Below, one piece after another: positions 36,622-48,847 of a stretch of 64,000 nucleotides of DNA (position 1 is its first letter; each line of letters begins with the position of its first letter). Under the pieces are notes generated by a model. That model was given only the letters and a program-made list of their open reading frames with translations, was not told the DNA's origin and did no database searches. A program made the position numbers and the translations under genes. This DNA comes from Lophium mytilinum (taxonomy: Eukaryota): the NCBI GenBank assembly GCA_010093605.1, contig MU004192.1:1248882-1312881 (forward strand), read 5' to 3'.

Positions 36622-38517
36622 ATGAGCTCCACCGATCTAACCCCTCAACCCCTCGATCGCTCTCAGCAGTCCCTCTTCGACCACGATATCCCCTCTCTGT
36701 CCGCCTCCCTCGCCGCCTTCGGTCAAGACCCTGAGAGCAGCACCCACAGCGGCTTCTCAACTCGCTCGCCCATGTTCTCTTCCCGATATAGCGTTGATGA
36801 ATCGGAGCCTGAGTCCGAGGGGCCGTGGGCGCCACCAGCATGGCAGAAGAGCAATACTGGCTGGTACCGGAAGAGCATCATGAGCGACAGCGCGATGAGG
36901 AGCAGTCCTTCGAGGAGTAGAGGAGCGAGTCCACTGGAAGGAGGCGGTGGAGGTGGAGGAGGAGGCTTCGTTAGTGAGAGGGAAATCACGCCAAGCCATA
37001 TTCCGTTGCCAGAGAGTCCATTGAAAGGGTCACCACGGACGAGTCCAGAGCCGGTGGGGCTCGCGGAACAGCAAGCACGGTTGCGGAGTCCAGAGCATGA
37101 AGGGTCCAGAATGCACACACCGGCGTATGTGGGGCAGGAGCAGGAGGGTGGGGAAGGCGAGGACGAACACGGGCATGGTGAGGATCCTGCGCAGTTGGAT
37201 GGTTGTGAGTGTTCCCATGCATGCGATTCTTGCGTTTTCGGTGAATGAGACAGCGCTGACTCTGTTTGATAGTTGTGCGGTTTGCGTTTCGTGCGGAGTC
37301 CCTCTTCAGAACCGCGCCGATTGAGGAGAGCCTACAATCTGCATCCAACATGTTCCGCAAAACGATCCACTCTAAGATACGGCTCTTCAGCACAATATTC
37401 GCACTCTTCTTTGCGTGGTTCCTGTTCCAGCCATGGGACGCGGGATTGGTGCCGGATCTCGCGAATGCGGCGGCGATTGCGACGAGGTTCGAGCCCCTGA
37501 TCTATGCGTCGGAGAATGTGATCCCACGATCGAGAGAGCTAGCGGAGAGCAGCATCGCGGTGTGGGATCTGGGAGAGAGTGTGCGCGTCACGAACATGTC
37601 CGCATCGACAACGATCTTGAGCCAACTGGAGTTGCTAAGTGACAGCTTGAAGGTGTTGTCAGAGAAGTTGACGAGCTTCTTCACACATGTAGACGGAGAT
37701 ATCGATTCGTGAGTACAGTCAAACTCCCTTCAATCATGCATTACTAATGATACCCAGCATCCTCTTGACCATGGAGTGGGCGCGGCGCGAGCTTGAATCA
37801 ATTCATACCCCATCCCAAGGCCGTATGTCAACTGCAATTGGCAACGTGCACTCTGCGCTCTGCAAAGTCGGTGTGCTAGAGTGGGAGGGTCAGCCCACCG
37901 CTGTGGGCAAAGTCGTCAAGGCAATCGTAGGACAGACATCTCAACAGCGCTCCAAAGCGACGCTCGAGCGCACCTTTAACCACCTAATCTCCACCCTGGA
38001 AGAGAACATCAGCAACGAGATGGAGCGCGCCTCCACGCTCTTCCAGCTCTTTGAAACCGTCGACATCCAATTCCAGCAGCTGCACCGCTCTGTTGCGCGC
38101 GAAGAGGACCAGATGGCGAACGAGAAGGACCAGTTCCTCGCATCACTATGGCGCCGCTCTATGGGGAGCAACCTCAAGCTGAAGAAGTACGAGAAGAACC
38201 TGAAGCTGCTGAGCACGGTGCGCAGCAGCACGTTCAACAACCTCATCGACTTGAAGGAGCACACGCGGCTCATTAGCTCAGTGCAGGAGCAGCTCGACGG
38301 CGCGCGCAAGAAGCTGGTTAGCCCGCTCATCCAGAGCGCGCAGAGCAACTCATTCGGCCTCGAGCATCAATTCACGGATCTCTCCAAGACATACTCGTTC
38401 TTGAAGGGGCTGAGGGACACGCAGCGTCACCGCGTCTTACAGGCGCTGTGGGCCGAGCCGAAGCAGCGCGTGGCTATTACGTCGGGCCAAGACACGCCCG
38501 AACTCGACAGCTACTAA
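36622..38517 (+). CDS. Fungal hypothetical membrane protein (Ser/Pro-rich N-terminus, one TM helix, helical/coiled-coil C-terminus)
   Basis: Three ORFs joined by GTGAGT introns (~37205-37272 and ~37709-37758). GPWAPPAW motif and TM LFSTIFALFFAWFLF. Possible earlier ATG at 36592. Confidence 0.8.
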
Positions 38518-39475
38518 GTACAGTACTACAGTGCCTAAATGTGGCGCATGATGTGTTTTCAGTGTACGGATTAGACAAATAGGTGGCTGGAGTTCCGGGC
38601 GGCTGGTGTTTCGGTGTCACTGTGGCGATTCTTGTTTTTCACGGCATGGTGGCTGGGTCGTTCAGACTCTTGGAAAGGGGCCTCAGGGTACATATCGCCC
38701 ACTGGGCACGTCTTGGATGTTCTTGATAGCTTGGCAAGATGTTTGGCAGGGTGTTCCTGAGCTTGACCCCATTTTCTGATATTTGGCGGTGAAGTGCCGT
38801 AGTGTCGTCTACGTCAGTGCCAGCTTGGACCATAGCAGAGCGCTCATATGCAGCCTCAAACTTGAAATAATAGCGCTTATGCATGCTTCCCATGCAATTG
38901 GAATATACAAGAAGGGCTTTGGTCCCGCTGACTGACTACATCTTGCTCACTCATTCACTGCTTGCCCCCCCCTCTGCTCGTAATCAGTGCGCGTTTTCCG
39001 ATCATCGCGACGTTGAATCTGGCTGTCAGTCCGGTCTGCCGACTACTGCATCGTAGCTGCTTGGCATCGGGGGGCTGTGCAAAGTGCTGTCGCCAGCATC
39101 CAATCAGGGGCACAGGGGCGTCATCGGAGCCAGAGCTCTCCCAGCTGCAGCACCCAGTTCGTTTGAGCAGCTCGTCGGCAGCTTCATCACTCATCAACTC
39201 TCGCTGCTGCGCCCTCTTCCCCCGCTTCCGTGCCATATCAATTCTCATCCCGGCCGAGATCTTCTTCGCTGTCGGTGCTGTTATCGACCGAATCACGCCT
39301 CGTTTGATATTCGCGTCGCACACTCTCGCCCAAGGTACTGCACTCCACCGGGCGGCCTGACCCATCCTAGCTTTCCACGAGGACCCGCGGTCCTGATCCT
39401 CCCTCAGGTACATAGCTAGAGCAAAGCCACCCAAGAGTCTGCCCGCCGAGACTTGTCATTTCTACTTCTGCAGCC

Positions 39476-41268
39476 ATGAGTGAGTCCTCGCCACACTAGC
39501 ACCACCACACCCCCATCCCATTCCATCACTACATCAGGCTCTCTTTGTCTACCTACCCACGAAACCCCCCTTCCAAGCATTCTGCGGCTCTGGGCAGCCG
39601 CGCACTGCCAGGCGCAGCACCTCTGTCATCAAGTCAGTCTGACCGATTACAACCTCATGCTTGGCGCTCATTCCGTTGCGCCCCGCCATCAACTGGGCAC
39701 ATCTGGAATCTATCCAGCACTGCCTGTACCAAGACCTCTTGGCTAATCAATTGTTCGCCTCGCAGATAATATAAGGAAGCAGTTTCACCACCACGGTCGC
39801 CATCCTAGCGGCACCCGACCCCCAAGTATGCCACAACCTCCCAACGGCACTGCCGATGAAAACACACCCCTCGTCTCGCACTCAAACGACGACGAGTCGC
39901 GCTGGTCTAGCTTGCCCAAGTATGTCGCCCGGACTACCTGGAAGACGCTCGCGAGCAACTATGTCAATGTCTTCCTGGTCTTCGTTCCTGCGGGCATCAT
40001 CTGCGGTGCGCTGCACGTCAACCCCACGGTCGTCTTCGTACTCAACTTCATTGCGATAATCCCGCTGGCTGCTCTTCTGAGCTTTGCGACGGAGGAGTTG
40101 AGCGCGAAGCTGGGACAAACTTTGGGAGGACTCATGAATGCGACCTTTGGAAATGCTGTCGAATTGATTGTAGGTTTTATCTGCATGTGACAAATGATTA
40201 GATGATGGGTATGGCGCTAATATCAACCTCAGGTATCAATTGTCGCGCTCCGTGAAGGCGAGATCAGGATTGTTCAATCCAGCATGCTTGGTAGCATCCT
40301 CTCAAACATCCTCTTGGTAAGTTATTTGCGCTAGCACAAACCCCTGTGTATTAGGAGCTATACTGATGCCAAATCTCAGGTCCTGGGATGCTGCTTCCTC
40401 GCTGGTGGAATTCGCTATAGAGAATCAACCTTCAATGGCACTGTCGCCAGCACCATGTCCTCGCTCATGGCTGTCGCCAGCGCCTCGCTCATCATCCCGG
40501 CTACACTATACGCAGCTCTGCGGTCCTCCAAAGAAGAAACCGACAAGAACATTCTGATGCTGTCCCACGGTACCGCCATCATTCTTCTCGGTCTTTATAT
40601 CCTATACCTCTACTTCCAGCTTTTCAGCCACGCCGATCTCTTCGATGTGGAAGCACAGGACGGCGAGGATGCTGATGGCCACAAAGACGGCGAGGTTCTC
40701 TCCCCCATCGCGGCCGGCGTCGCTCTCGTTCTCGTCACTGTTCTCGTCGCAGTTTGCGCCGAATACCTCGTTGACAGCATCGATTCCCTTGTCCAGACCG
40801 CGCACATCTCCAAGACCTTCATCGGTCTCGTCCTCCTGCCAATCGTCGGCAACGCCGCTGAGCATGTCACGGCTGTCGTCGTAGCATACAAGGGCAAGAT
40901 GGACCTCGCGATCAACGTCGCCATCGGCTCGTCCCTCCAGATCGCCCTTTTCGTCACCCCATTCCTCGTCGTTCTTGGCTGGATCATTCACGAGCCCATG
41001 ACACTGCACTTCCAAGGCTTCGAGACGGTCGTGCTCTTCATCTCAGTCCTAGTGGTCAACTACCTGATCCAGGACGGGAAGAGCAACTACCTCGAGGGCG
41101 CAATGTGTATCGGAACGTACGTATATCCCTCATTCTTGAACTATCAACACCCTGCTAACCGTACATTCCAGATACATCATCATCGCGCTCGCCTTCTATG
41201 TCTACCCCGACGACGCCAACGGCAACCTCGGCGGCAACTTCATCGCCAAGTTCTTCGGCACCCAATAA
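39476..41268 (+). CDS. VCX1: Vacuolar Ca2+/H+ exchanger (CAX family)
   Basis: LMNATFGNAVELI, GSILSNILL, PIVGNAAEH, AIGSSLQIALF and DGKSNYLEG. First exon ATGA, then intron 39480-39765 and three further introns. Confidence 0.95.
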
Positions 41269-41529
41269 GGGGTGTCTCCAACCCACATCCTCGGCGTCCA
41301 GCCCTAAATCTCCTTCTGTGTTTTCCTTTGTGGTATACACCTTGTGTTTTCTACCAGAATTTGTGGGGCACGGCGTGCACCCGTTGTACTATACACCATG
41401 GCTGGGGCAATCGGTGTGTTTTCTTTGGTTAGGCTTTTTCGGTTGAAAAAGTATGTATATATCACCAGGTGGAGGGGTGGTCTGTAGGCCCTCTAGGGGG
41501 TAATGAACGTGTTAAATGAACATGTGTGC

Positions 41530-42650
41530 TCTGGATTGTGACTTTGACGGCGATCTTTATGGTATGTTGGGGGACTTCAGACGGCGGCGTTACGGTGGCA
41601 GATGGGTAAGCCTTTCGGTCTCAGTTAAAGTCTCTGGTCCTTGACTGGTATCATCGATGCTGCTTCAAAGCGCCTGGAAAGGGGATGTGTGGTTTACGAC
41701 ATTGGTCTTTTACATCCTGTCTCGGTTAGGTGAACCCAGCACGGCCACCTCAGACGGCGGCATCTACGTGACAAAACGCACCGAATTGGTAACGTGTGAT
41801 TCAAGACCTGCAATCCTTTACATCCTGTTTCGATTAGGCGCATCCGGCGAAGCCACCTCAGACGGCGGCATCTACCTATTAAAACGTCCCGAGCGGGTGT
41901 CGTCCAATTCACGGCCTGCAGTCCTTTACATCCTATCTCGATTGAATTGACGTAGCTAGGCCACCTCAGACAGCGGTATCATCGTTCTAAAACGCCTCGA
42001 GAGGGCGAGGTCCAAATCACGGACTCGAAACCTTGACATCGTGTTTGCATTAAAACCGCATCGCGAGGCTACTCCAGACGCTGTTATCAACATATCAAAA
42101 CGCCGTGAAAGGAGGATGCCCGAGTTGAAGCCTACGGAACGTGACATCGTATCCTGCGTTTTTCATGGTGTTAGAGGGCTTCAAACGGCGGTAATTACCG
42201 TGCAAAACGTTGTAAAATGGCTCTATTCAATTTGAAGCTTTCAGAATTTGATATAGTAAACTGGATCTTTTTAAAGTGCCAGCGAACCTCAAACGGTGGT
42301 ATTCACTGTGCAAAACGTCGTGAAATGGCTCTATTCAATTTGAAGCTTTCAGAATTTGACATCGTACCCGGAATATTTTCACGGTGTTAGGGGACTTCAA
42401 ACGGTTGCATTCACGGTGTAAACAGCGCTGAAATGGCTGCATCCAATATGAAGCTTTCAGAATTTGACATCGTACCCGGAATATTTTCACGGTGTTAGGG
42501 GACTTCAAACGGTTGCATTCACGGTGTAAACAGCGCTGAAATGGCTGCATCCAATTTGAAGCTTTTAGAATTTGACATCGTACCCGGAATATTTTCACGG
42601 TGTCAGAGGACTTCAAACAATAGCATTCATGGTTCAAAAACTCTGGAAAG
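41530..42650. repeat. Tandem array of about nine 108-bp units plus a partial upstream unit
   Basis: The anchor (t/g)a(c/t)at recurs in units starting 41706, 41814, 41922, 42030, 42138, 42245, 42353, 42461 and 42569. The units at 42353 and 42461 are nearly identical. Confidence 0.92.
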
Positions 42651-42659
42651 GAACCACGA

Positions 42660-42890
42660 GCAAAGCACAGAGCGTCCTAGTTACAAATAGTGCCCAAAGC
42701 GTGACCCCTCTTTGTGGTAGATAGGCCTCAAAGCGTCTACCCCCTTTGTTGTAGATAGTCTACAAAGCGTCTAGCCTCTTCGTGGTAAGGAGTGTATAAA
42801 GCGTCTTATCCACAAACAGCACTAAAAGCACCACATCACAAACAATTCACAAAGCGTCCAGTCACAAAAAGTCCCCAAAGCGTGCAATCA
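42660..42890. repeat. Degenerate 26-34-bp minisatellite (aaagcgt core)
   Basis: aaagcgt occurs at about 42696, 42730, 42764 and 42798 (34-bp period), then 42851 and 42877. Confidence 0.75.
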
Positions 42891-43205
42891 TCAATCATCA
42901 ATTCCGTCGCTACTGAGACCCTAAGAGACCACCCATTGTATCGCTATAGCCGCGAAGACCACAAGAAAGGACCCTCTTAGTCCCCTTTTAGTCGTAAAAA
43001 GCACCGCAAACCACCGCTCCCTGTCCCTATCTACCGCATCATCTCGCAGAAAAAGCCACCCATCGTCCGCTTCTTCCGCAAAGGCCACCAAAAACTCCAT
43101 AGAACGAGCACGATAAGGCCTAGGTATTGCTTGGAATCGCTCACGATCTCGCATCATGAAGTGGAAAGAGATTCAAAAGCACCTACGCTCTCGCTTCTTA
43201 AACGC

Positions 43206-46200
43206 TCACAAGTAGAACATCGTGTCTTTGAGCGCGGGGTGGACGTCGCGGTGCCACGACGAGGCGTCGAAAGACGCCGAGCCGTCGCCCTTCAGCACGT
43301 TGTGTAGGTACGCGCGGCCTCTCTCGCAGAGAATGTCGGCGTAATAGGCGGGCGGGCACACGCTGACTGAGCGAGTTGCGCGGCCGAATGTGTAGCACAG
43401 ATTGTGCGTCTTGTAAGAAATTAGCGTTTTTGGCACGGAAAGGTGGTTGAAAGAAGAAGAGCAAGAAGAAGTACTTACAAGTCTCTGCAATTGGTCCGCG
43501 CCAAGCTTGTTGTCGTCTTTTATGACGACGTAGTGTGCTGGTTTGGACGTGCCTTGGAGGCCTTGGTGTGCGACGAGGAAGAAGTCGAACAACCGCTCGC
43601 CGGTGACGCCGCGGTCGACGACGGTTCCGGGCGAACAGTTACCAGTTCTGCCGTCAGCGTCTGCAGGCGTTGTGGGGTAGAAGCGCGTGTGGTGACGCTT
43701 TCCGACGACAATGATGGAAACTTTGGGATGTTTCGATGCTGCGCCGTACAACTTGTTGAAAGAGGCCACGAAGGCTGGGTACTCTTGCTCTAGCACGATG
43801 GCGTATTGGCCCTCGGACACGCCATCTCGGTACACGATCACCTTGTCTGGCAAACCTTTGTTCTTTGCGGACCAAAGCTTTAGCCGTTCTGTGATCATTT
43901 CTTCCAGGTCGGACACCATCTCCTGCCGACCACGCTGCGTGCGGAGACTGGCCGGGTATTGGGTGAACTTTGTATCGCAAGAGGCCACGACACCGGCGAT
44001 TGAAGGAGATGTTTCGGAACTTCCGGGCGAAGGGTGGGTGACGTCGATGCCGAAAACAATGGTTCTTGCGTCGAGAGGCTTCATCTCCGCTTCCGACACG
44101 TAGTGGTTCACGCCGCCCTTTTTCAGGTTGAATTTCAACGCCACGTTGGCGAAGTACTGCGCCTGCCCCTTCTCTTTTGAGAACTTCTGTCCGATGTTGC
44201 ACACGGAGGGGATACCAAGCGTGACGTCGCAGAGGTATTTGACGCAATCGTAAAGGAAGGCGTTGTCGCTCGGTAGAAGAACGAACAAGAACGCCGGCTT
44301 TGCGGGGAATGTTCTTAATGCTTGCTCGAGAACGCCCGTGATGGCCTTCACGTTGCGTGACATGAGGTCCGGACTGCTGACCGAAGCAGTCTTGAATGGC
44401 GTTGATTTGCCAAGTTTGACCCCATACCGGCCCAACGTCTCAGAGAAGTCGGCCAGGTACTGATTGGTAGCGTCGGCGCCACCGTAGACAGTCGGTCGGG
44501 ACCCCTCGCTGATGACGAGGCAGTTCCAAGAAGGAATGTTCACGCCTTGGAAGAACGGACGAGGTTTGATGCCGTCCGCCAAGTTCCACTTTCCGTCACG
44601 TGGCCTGACCGCATTGGTGGTTTTGTGGTATTGAAGGGAGGGAGGCTGAAGGATGCGTCCGTCCACTGTGAGCATGGAGGCGCTCACCTTGATGCCGTAC
44701 TTCTGTAGCGACGTGTTGATGCCCTGAGACACCGGGTTGATGCCGACCACGTTGAGGCCGGACTCGACAATGGACGTGGCGTTCTTGTCGGGGCTTCGTG
44801 CTGCAAACTCGATCATTGATCGCGTTTGGTTCGGAAGAAGCATCCTCTTGGCCTGCTGGCCTGGAAGAACTTCACAGAGCTCGGCTGGGATCCACGATGG
44901 GTCGGTCCTCGTACCCGTATTCACGACCGGAAATGCGGGAGATTGGAGCTTGATCTGGTGCACTATAGACAAATTAGCAACCAATGTAACAACAACATGT
45001 ACCTCGAGGCCTCCATGGGGTAGGGAAAAGCTTACCTTGTTCAAAGTACGCGGACACAGTCAGACGCTTGGTGGCACCGGAGGCGTCAGTGAAATCAAAC
45101 GACGTGTTAGTCGCATTTTGGCCTTTAGCTGACAGATCCGCAATGGTGTGGATCTTTTCCTTGCGGATGGGCCCATTCTTCCCCTTCTTTGGCTTGCCGT
45201 TCGCATCAAGCTCCATCAGATATCGGGTCTTAATGCGCAACTTTCGCGCAAAAGCCGCAATGCGAGCAGACTGTGCTTGATTTGCCGGAGGCCCGCCGTT
45301 GAACTCGGTCAAGAGGTTCATTAGTGGACCCGGCTTGTAGAAGGCACCGGTAGCGACGTTGATGTTGACAATGATCCGACGAACACCAGTCCGGACGCTG
45401 GAGTAGAAGCCTCGTAGGGCCACGAGGCCTTCACCAAGATTGGCCTGGACGAGCTCCGGGTTCGCGAAGGGGTAGAACTTGTTACCTCCGCCGACCGCAT
45501 GATTCGCCTTTGAGGCCGGGCCCTGTGAGAGCAGGATATTCAGCGCCTGGATGGTCTCCATACGCAGCGGGTAATATCCGCCACCGCCTTGGAAAGAAAT
45601 GTCCTTGATGAGGTCTTCAATGGACACGGTGGGGAGTTCTTCCACCAGAAGCTTCCGCAGGTTCCGCTTGCGGGCGGCGGTGCGCGCTGCGGGTTCACCG
45701 GCTGTGGGAGGAGGCATAGGCTCAGCACCCTCTGCGTGCCAGACAAGGTCGAATGACTGCCGGCCATTGAGTGCCACTTTGTCTGTTGTGACGATGATCT
45801 GAGCCCCATCGCTTGCGGCGACGATGCCCTGAAATGGTGCTTGTGAGAGAAGCATCTCAATAAGACGCTTCTTCTTCGGCTTCGGAGTGGCGGTTCCCTC
45901 AGGCTGGAAGGCCACGCTGTACCGATAAAGGTACTTCTTGGACTGCTCAGTGGGGGTCAATGGGAAGTAATTGGCCCAAAGGACAATCTTCTTCCCCAGA
46001 GTGCCGTAGCCAGGACGGCGAGGCAGACGGTCGGTGACAGAGAGGTCCGACATTTGGGCGGACAAGTCGAACTTCATTGACGCGTCCTCGAGCTTCGTGA
46101 CTTCGGGGTCGGGTTGGGGGAAAGTGCCGTTTCTGGAGCGAAAGCGTTAGCATTGCGTTTCAAGTGGTGAAAGTTACTTACCCAAAGACAGCTGCAGGTC

Positions 46201-46351
46201 CACCTCCGAAGCCTCCACGGCCACCTCCACCTCCCCTCGGAGGGCCACCTCCACCTCCCCGGGGAGGACCACTGTATCCACCACGACCACCACCACGCGG
46301 AGGGCCATCATAGCCTCCACGGCCACCTCGACCGCCACGGCCGGTGCTCAT
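43206..46351 (-). CDS. Argonaute (QDE-2-like), predicted slicer-competent
   Basis: RGG-rich N-terminus and N/L1 motifs RPGYGTLG and LRGFYSSVR. PIWI motifs GIDVTHP, QEMV, YRDGVSEGQ, KRHHTRF and PAYYADILCER give a D-E-D-D tetrad. Three introns. Confidence 0.97.
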
Positions 46352-48847
46352 TGTGGCCTTGTGTTGCTAGCGTGAGGGTGCGGGATTGAGCGAAGAAGTG
46401 ACTGCGAGGTATTCTGGAGGACGTGTGCTGGACAACTTGTGGTGGAAGGGGTCTAGTACAGAACGCTTGGTGGAAAGCTTGTAGAGGAAGAGGGCTGAAG
46501 GAGGGCAGTTGGTGGAAGAATCGTGGAGGAAGTGTGGTGTAGGAGAGACGGAGAGGAGTGGGGGTTGAGGCCCTTAAGTAGTGGAAGTTGCACGAAAGCT
46601 GACGTAAGCTAGGCAGCTGTTGTAGCTGTGGGTGAGGAGCAGTCAGTACTGTTGGGAATTGATGGGGAGCGAGCGTGCCCTAGGAGTGAAGATATGAAGA
46701 AGTGGTGGGGCACAGGAAACAAAGCTGAGCCGCCCACGCGACGTGAGATAAGTGATGTCAGGCACCTCACCCCAGATCACACGAGCCAGCCAGTATATCT
46801 GGGGGCGCAGCTATCTCATTGAGGCACCCCAGCGCTAATCAAGCTCGACGGTACCAGGTTGTTTGGGCGCGAGGCTGAAATCCACGCACGAGGTAGTTCA
46901 ATTGAGGTCAGCCACCACACCCCAACACAGTTGAGTGAGCACGCCATCGTGACAGCCATGTTACTGCATTGAAGGGCCCCAGCAGCTATGAGACCGGAGG
47001 CGACAGCGATAAGGTGCTCAACCAAACCGCGAGTGAACTAACCCCCGCAGTCGACAAAGAAACTCCCAACAGACGTACCTAGTGACCACACACGGGCTCC
47101 AGGACCGCGTAATGGCTGTGTTTAGATGTTTTCAAAGATGTTGTATATACGTTTGTTGTATGTATGTACAGAAATTCCAATAGGGCACGGATGACGCAGG
47201 GTCTTTGAAGGGTCGAGAGAGGCTCCGTTCTTGAGACTCGAACTGTATAGAACGCCGGCTTTCAGTTTGCTGGAAGAACGACGCAGAGGGAATACACAGG
47301 AGCAATATTGCAAGTGATTTGGGGTTTGTGGGCACCGGCAGCGGTGTGATGCTGCAGTCAGGTTTGCAGCGAACGTCGGAAGACGGTGACGACCGAACGC
47401 GAAGCTAAAAGCACGCGGGGCTACGGGTAATCACGTTACCAGGCGTTTTCTGCTCGTCGCGTTCTAAGCTTGGTACGGTCTGGTGGGAAGATTGTATACA
47501 AGGGTGCACAGTGGCTGATCAAAAGTATAAAACCAGAGCGCGAGGTAATGAGCAGAAAAGAGGGCACAGTGCACACTTTTATATGATTATTGAGCCATGA
47601 GAATATGATATCAGTCTTACAGCTTCTTTCGTGCAGTCCCGGTGCGCTCTGTGCATGGGCGGTGCGTCACTCGTTCCTCTCACCGGAAAAAGCAACCAAA
47701 TGGGCTGCTCGCTGCCGGCAAGGAGTGCGAATATCGGCAGGGGTTTCGGGAGGAATGAGAGGCGAGCAACGCCCTGAAATTGAGGGGCTATGCACAGCTC
47801 GAATATTGAATATTGTGCAACTGTGGCGCTGGCGAAGTAGCTAGCGCATCGAAGATCATCCGAGTTGTGCAGAATCCTGGTCACGTGCATGTCATCTCCA
47901 TGCGCTCTAAATCGGACGGGTGGCATTTCCATGTCGTAAAATAGGCATGCTTCAAACTATGATTGGAGCTATAATGTTCCTGGCACTACATTCAGTACCT
48001 CGGAAAACTTCTAGCACATGCAGAGTCTGGATATTGTGAATTTCATTTCCGAATCGGAAGCCTCGAATGCTCATGCCCTGAAATCAGAGTCCAGTAAATT
48101 GAAAATATCATGGGCCGTGCAGAGTCTTTCACTTGTGGACGTAAGCCCCGCGGAGGCCATCATCTTTGCGCATTGTTCTCTTATTGGCTACATTGAGGCA
48201 AGCCGCAGAAGAGGAGGCCCACAGTAGCAAACAATCTCGACATTCGTCGCGTGTTTCACGCATCCATATTCCTCGCCATACAGATCAAGAATATGGCCAT
48301 CACTCGTGTACTGATTCGTATACTCATGAAGCCCTCCCTGAAAATAGGCAGCCCACAACGCCGAGATGCAAAGAGCCGTAGTACTTGAACTCAGGCACCC
48401 GTTTTTCGGATCGATCTACCACGAGGTGACACTGCTTGGGGTGGCACGGTAGGTTAAGTAGGGACGGCAGAGGATGCAATTATCCATGCTTCCTCATCCA
48501 GGTACCGTCTTCTCGACCCTGCTACCACGTGGGTTACACGTCTAAAGCAGCCTGCTGGGCTGAGCAAGAGCCGCAGAGAATGGGACAGGTCATGCACTGT
48601 AGATGAGACGGGGAGGTGTTGTGTCTTCCGAAGAGCTGCAGAACTGCGTCGCGGTCCAGACTGGGCCTCTGGGAGGTTCTTCGCGTCGAGGATCGTTGAT
48701 TTGTCTGGGGTCCTCTGAAAACGCCTCCGGTTTATCATGCAAACAGCCGATCGATGCTGCTTTAGTGGTGCTTGCTGCAATGAGCCGTAGAGGCCTTTTG
48801 CCAACAGCACTGACGTCGCTTCGTTGTTTCGGAGGAGCTGTCATGGC

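Noticed and set aside
38955..39434. Overlapping ORFs on both strands
   Set aside because: GC-rich VCX1 promoter/5' UTR with no recognisable protein features.
42353..42570. Minus-strand WD40-like reading if TGA encodes Trp
   Set aside because: Other units carry TAA/TAG in that frame and the flanking genes use the standard code. It is likely an antisense artefact.
41530..42650. CRISPR-like interpretation of the array
   Set aside because: The context is eukaryotic with no cas genes, and units are homologous along their whole length rather than constant repeats with unique spacers.
43443..44247. Overlapping ORFs within Argonaute (similar cases at 40602-41015 and 63214-63786)
   Set aside because: Alternative-frame or antisense shadows of GC-rich conserved genes, with no motifs of their own.
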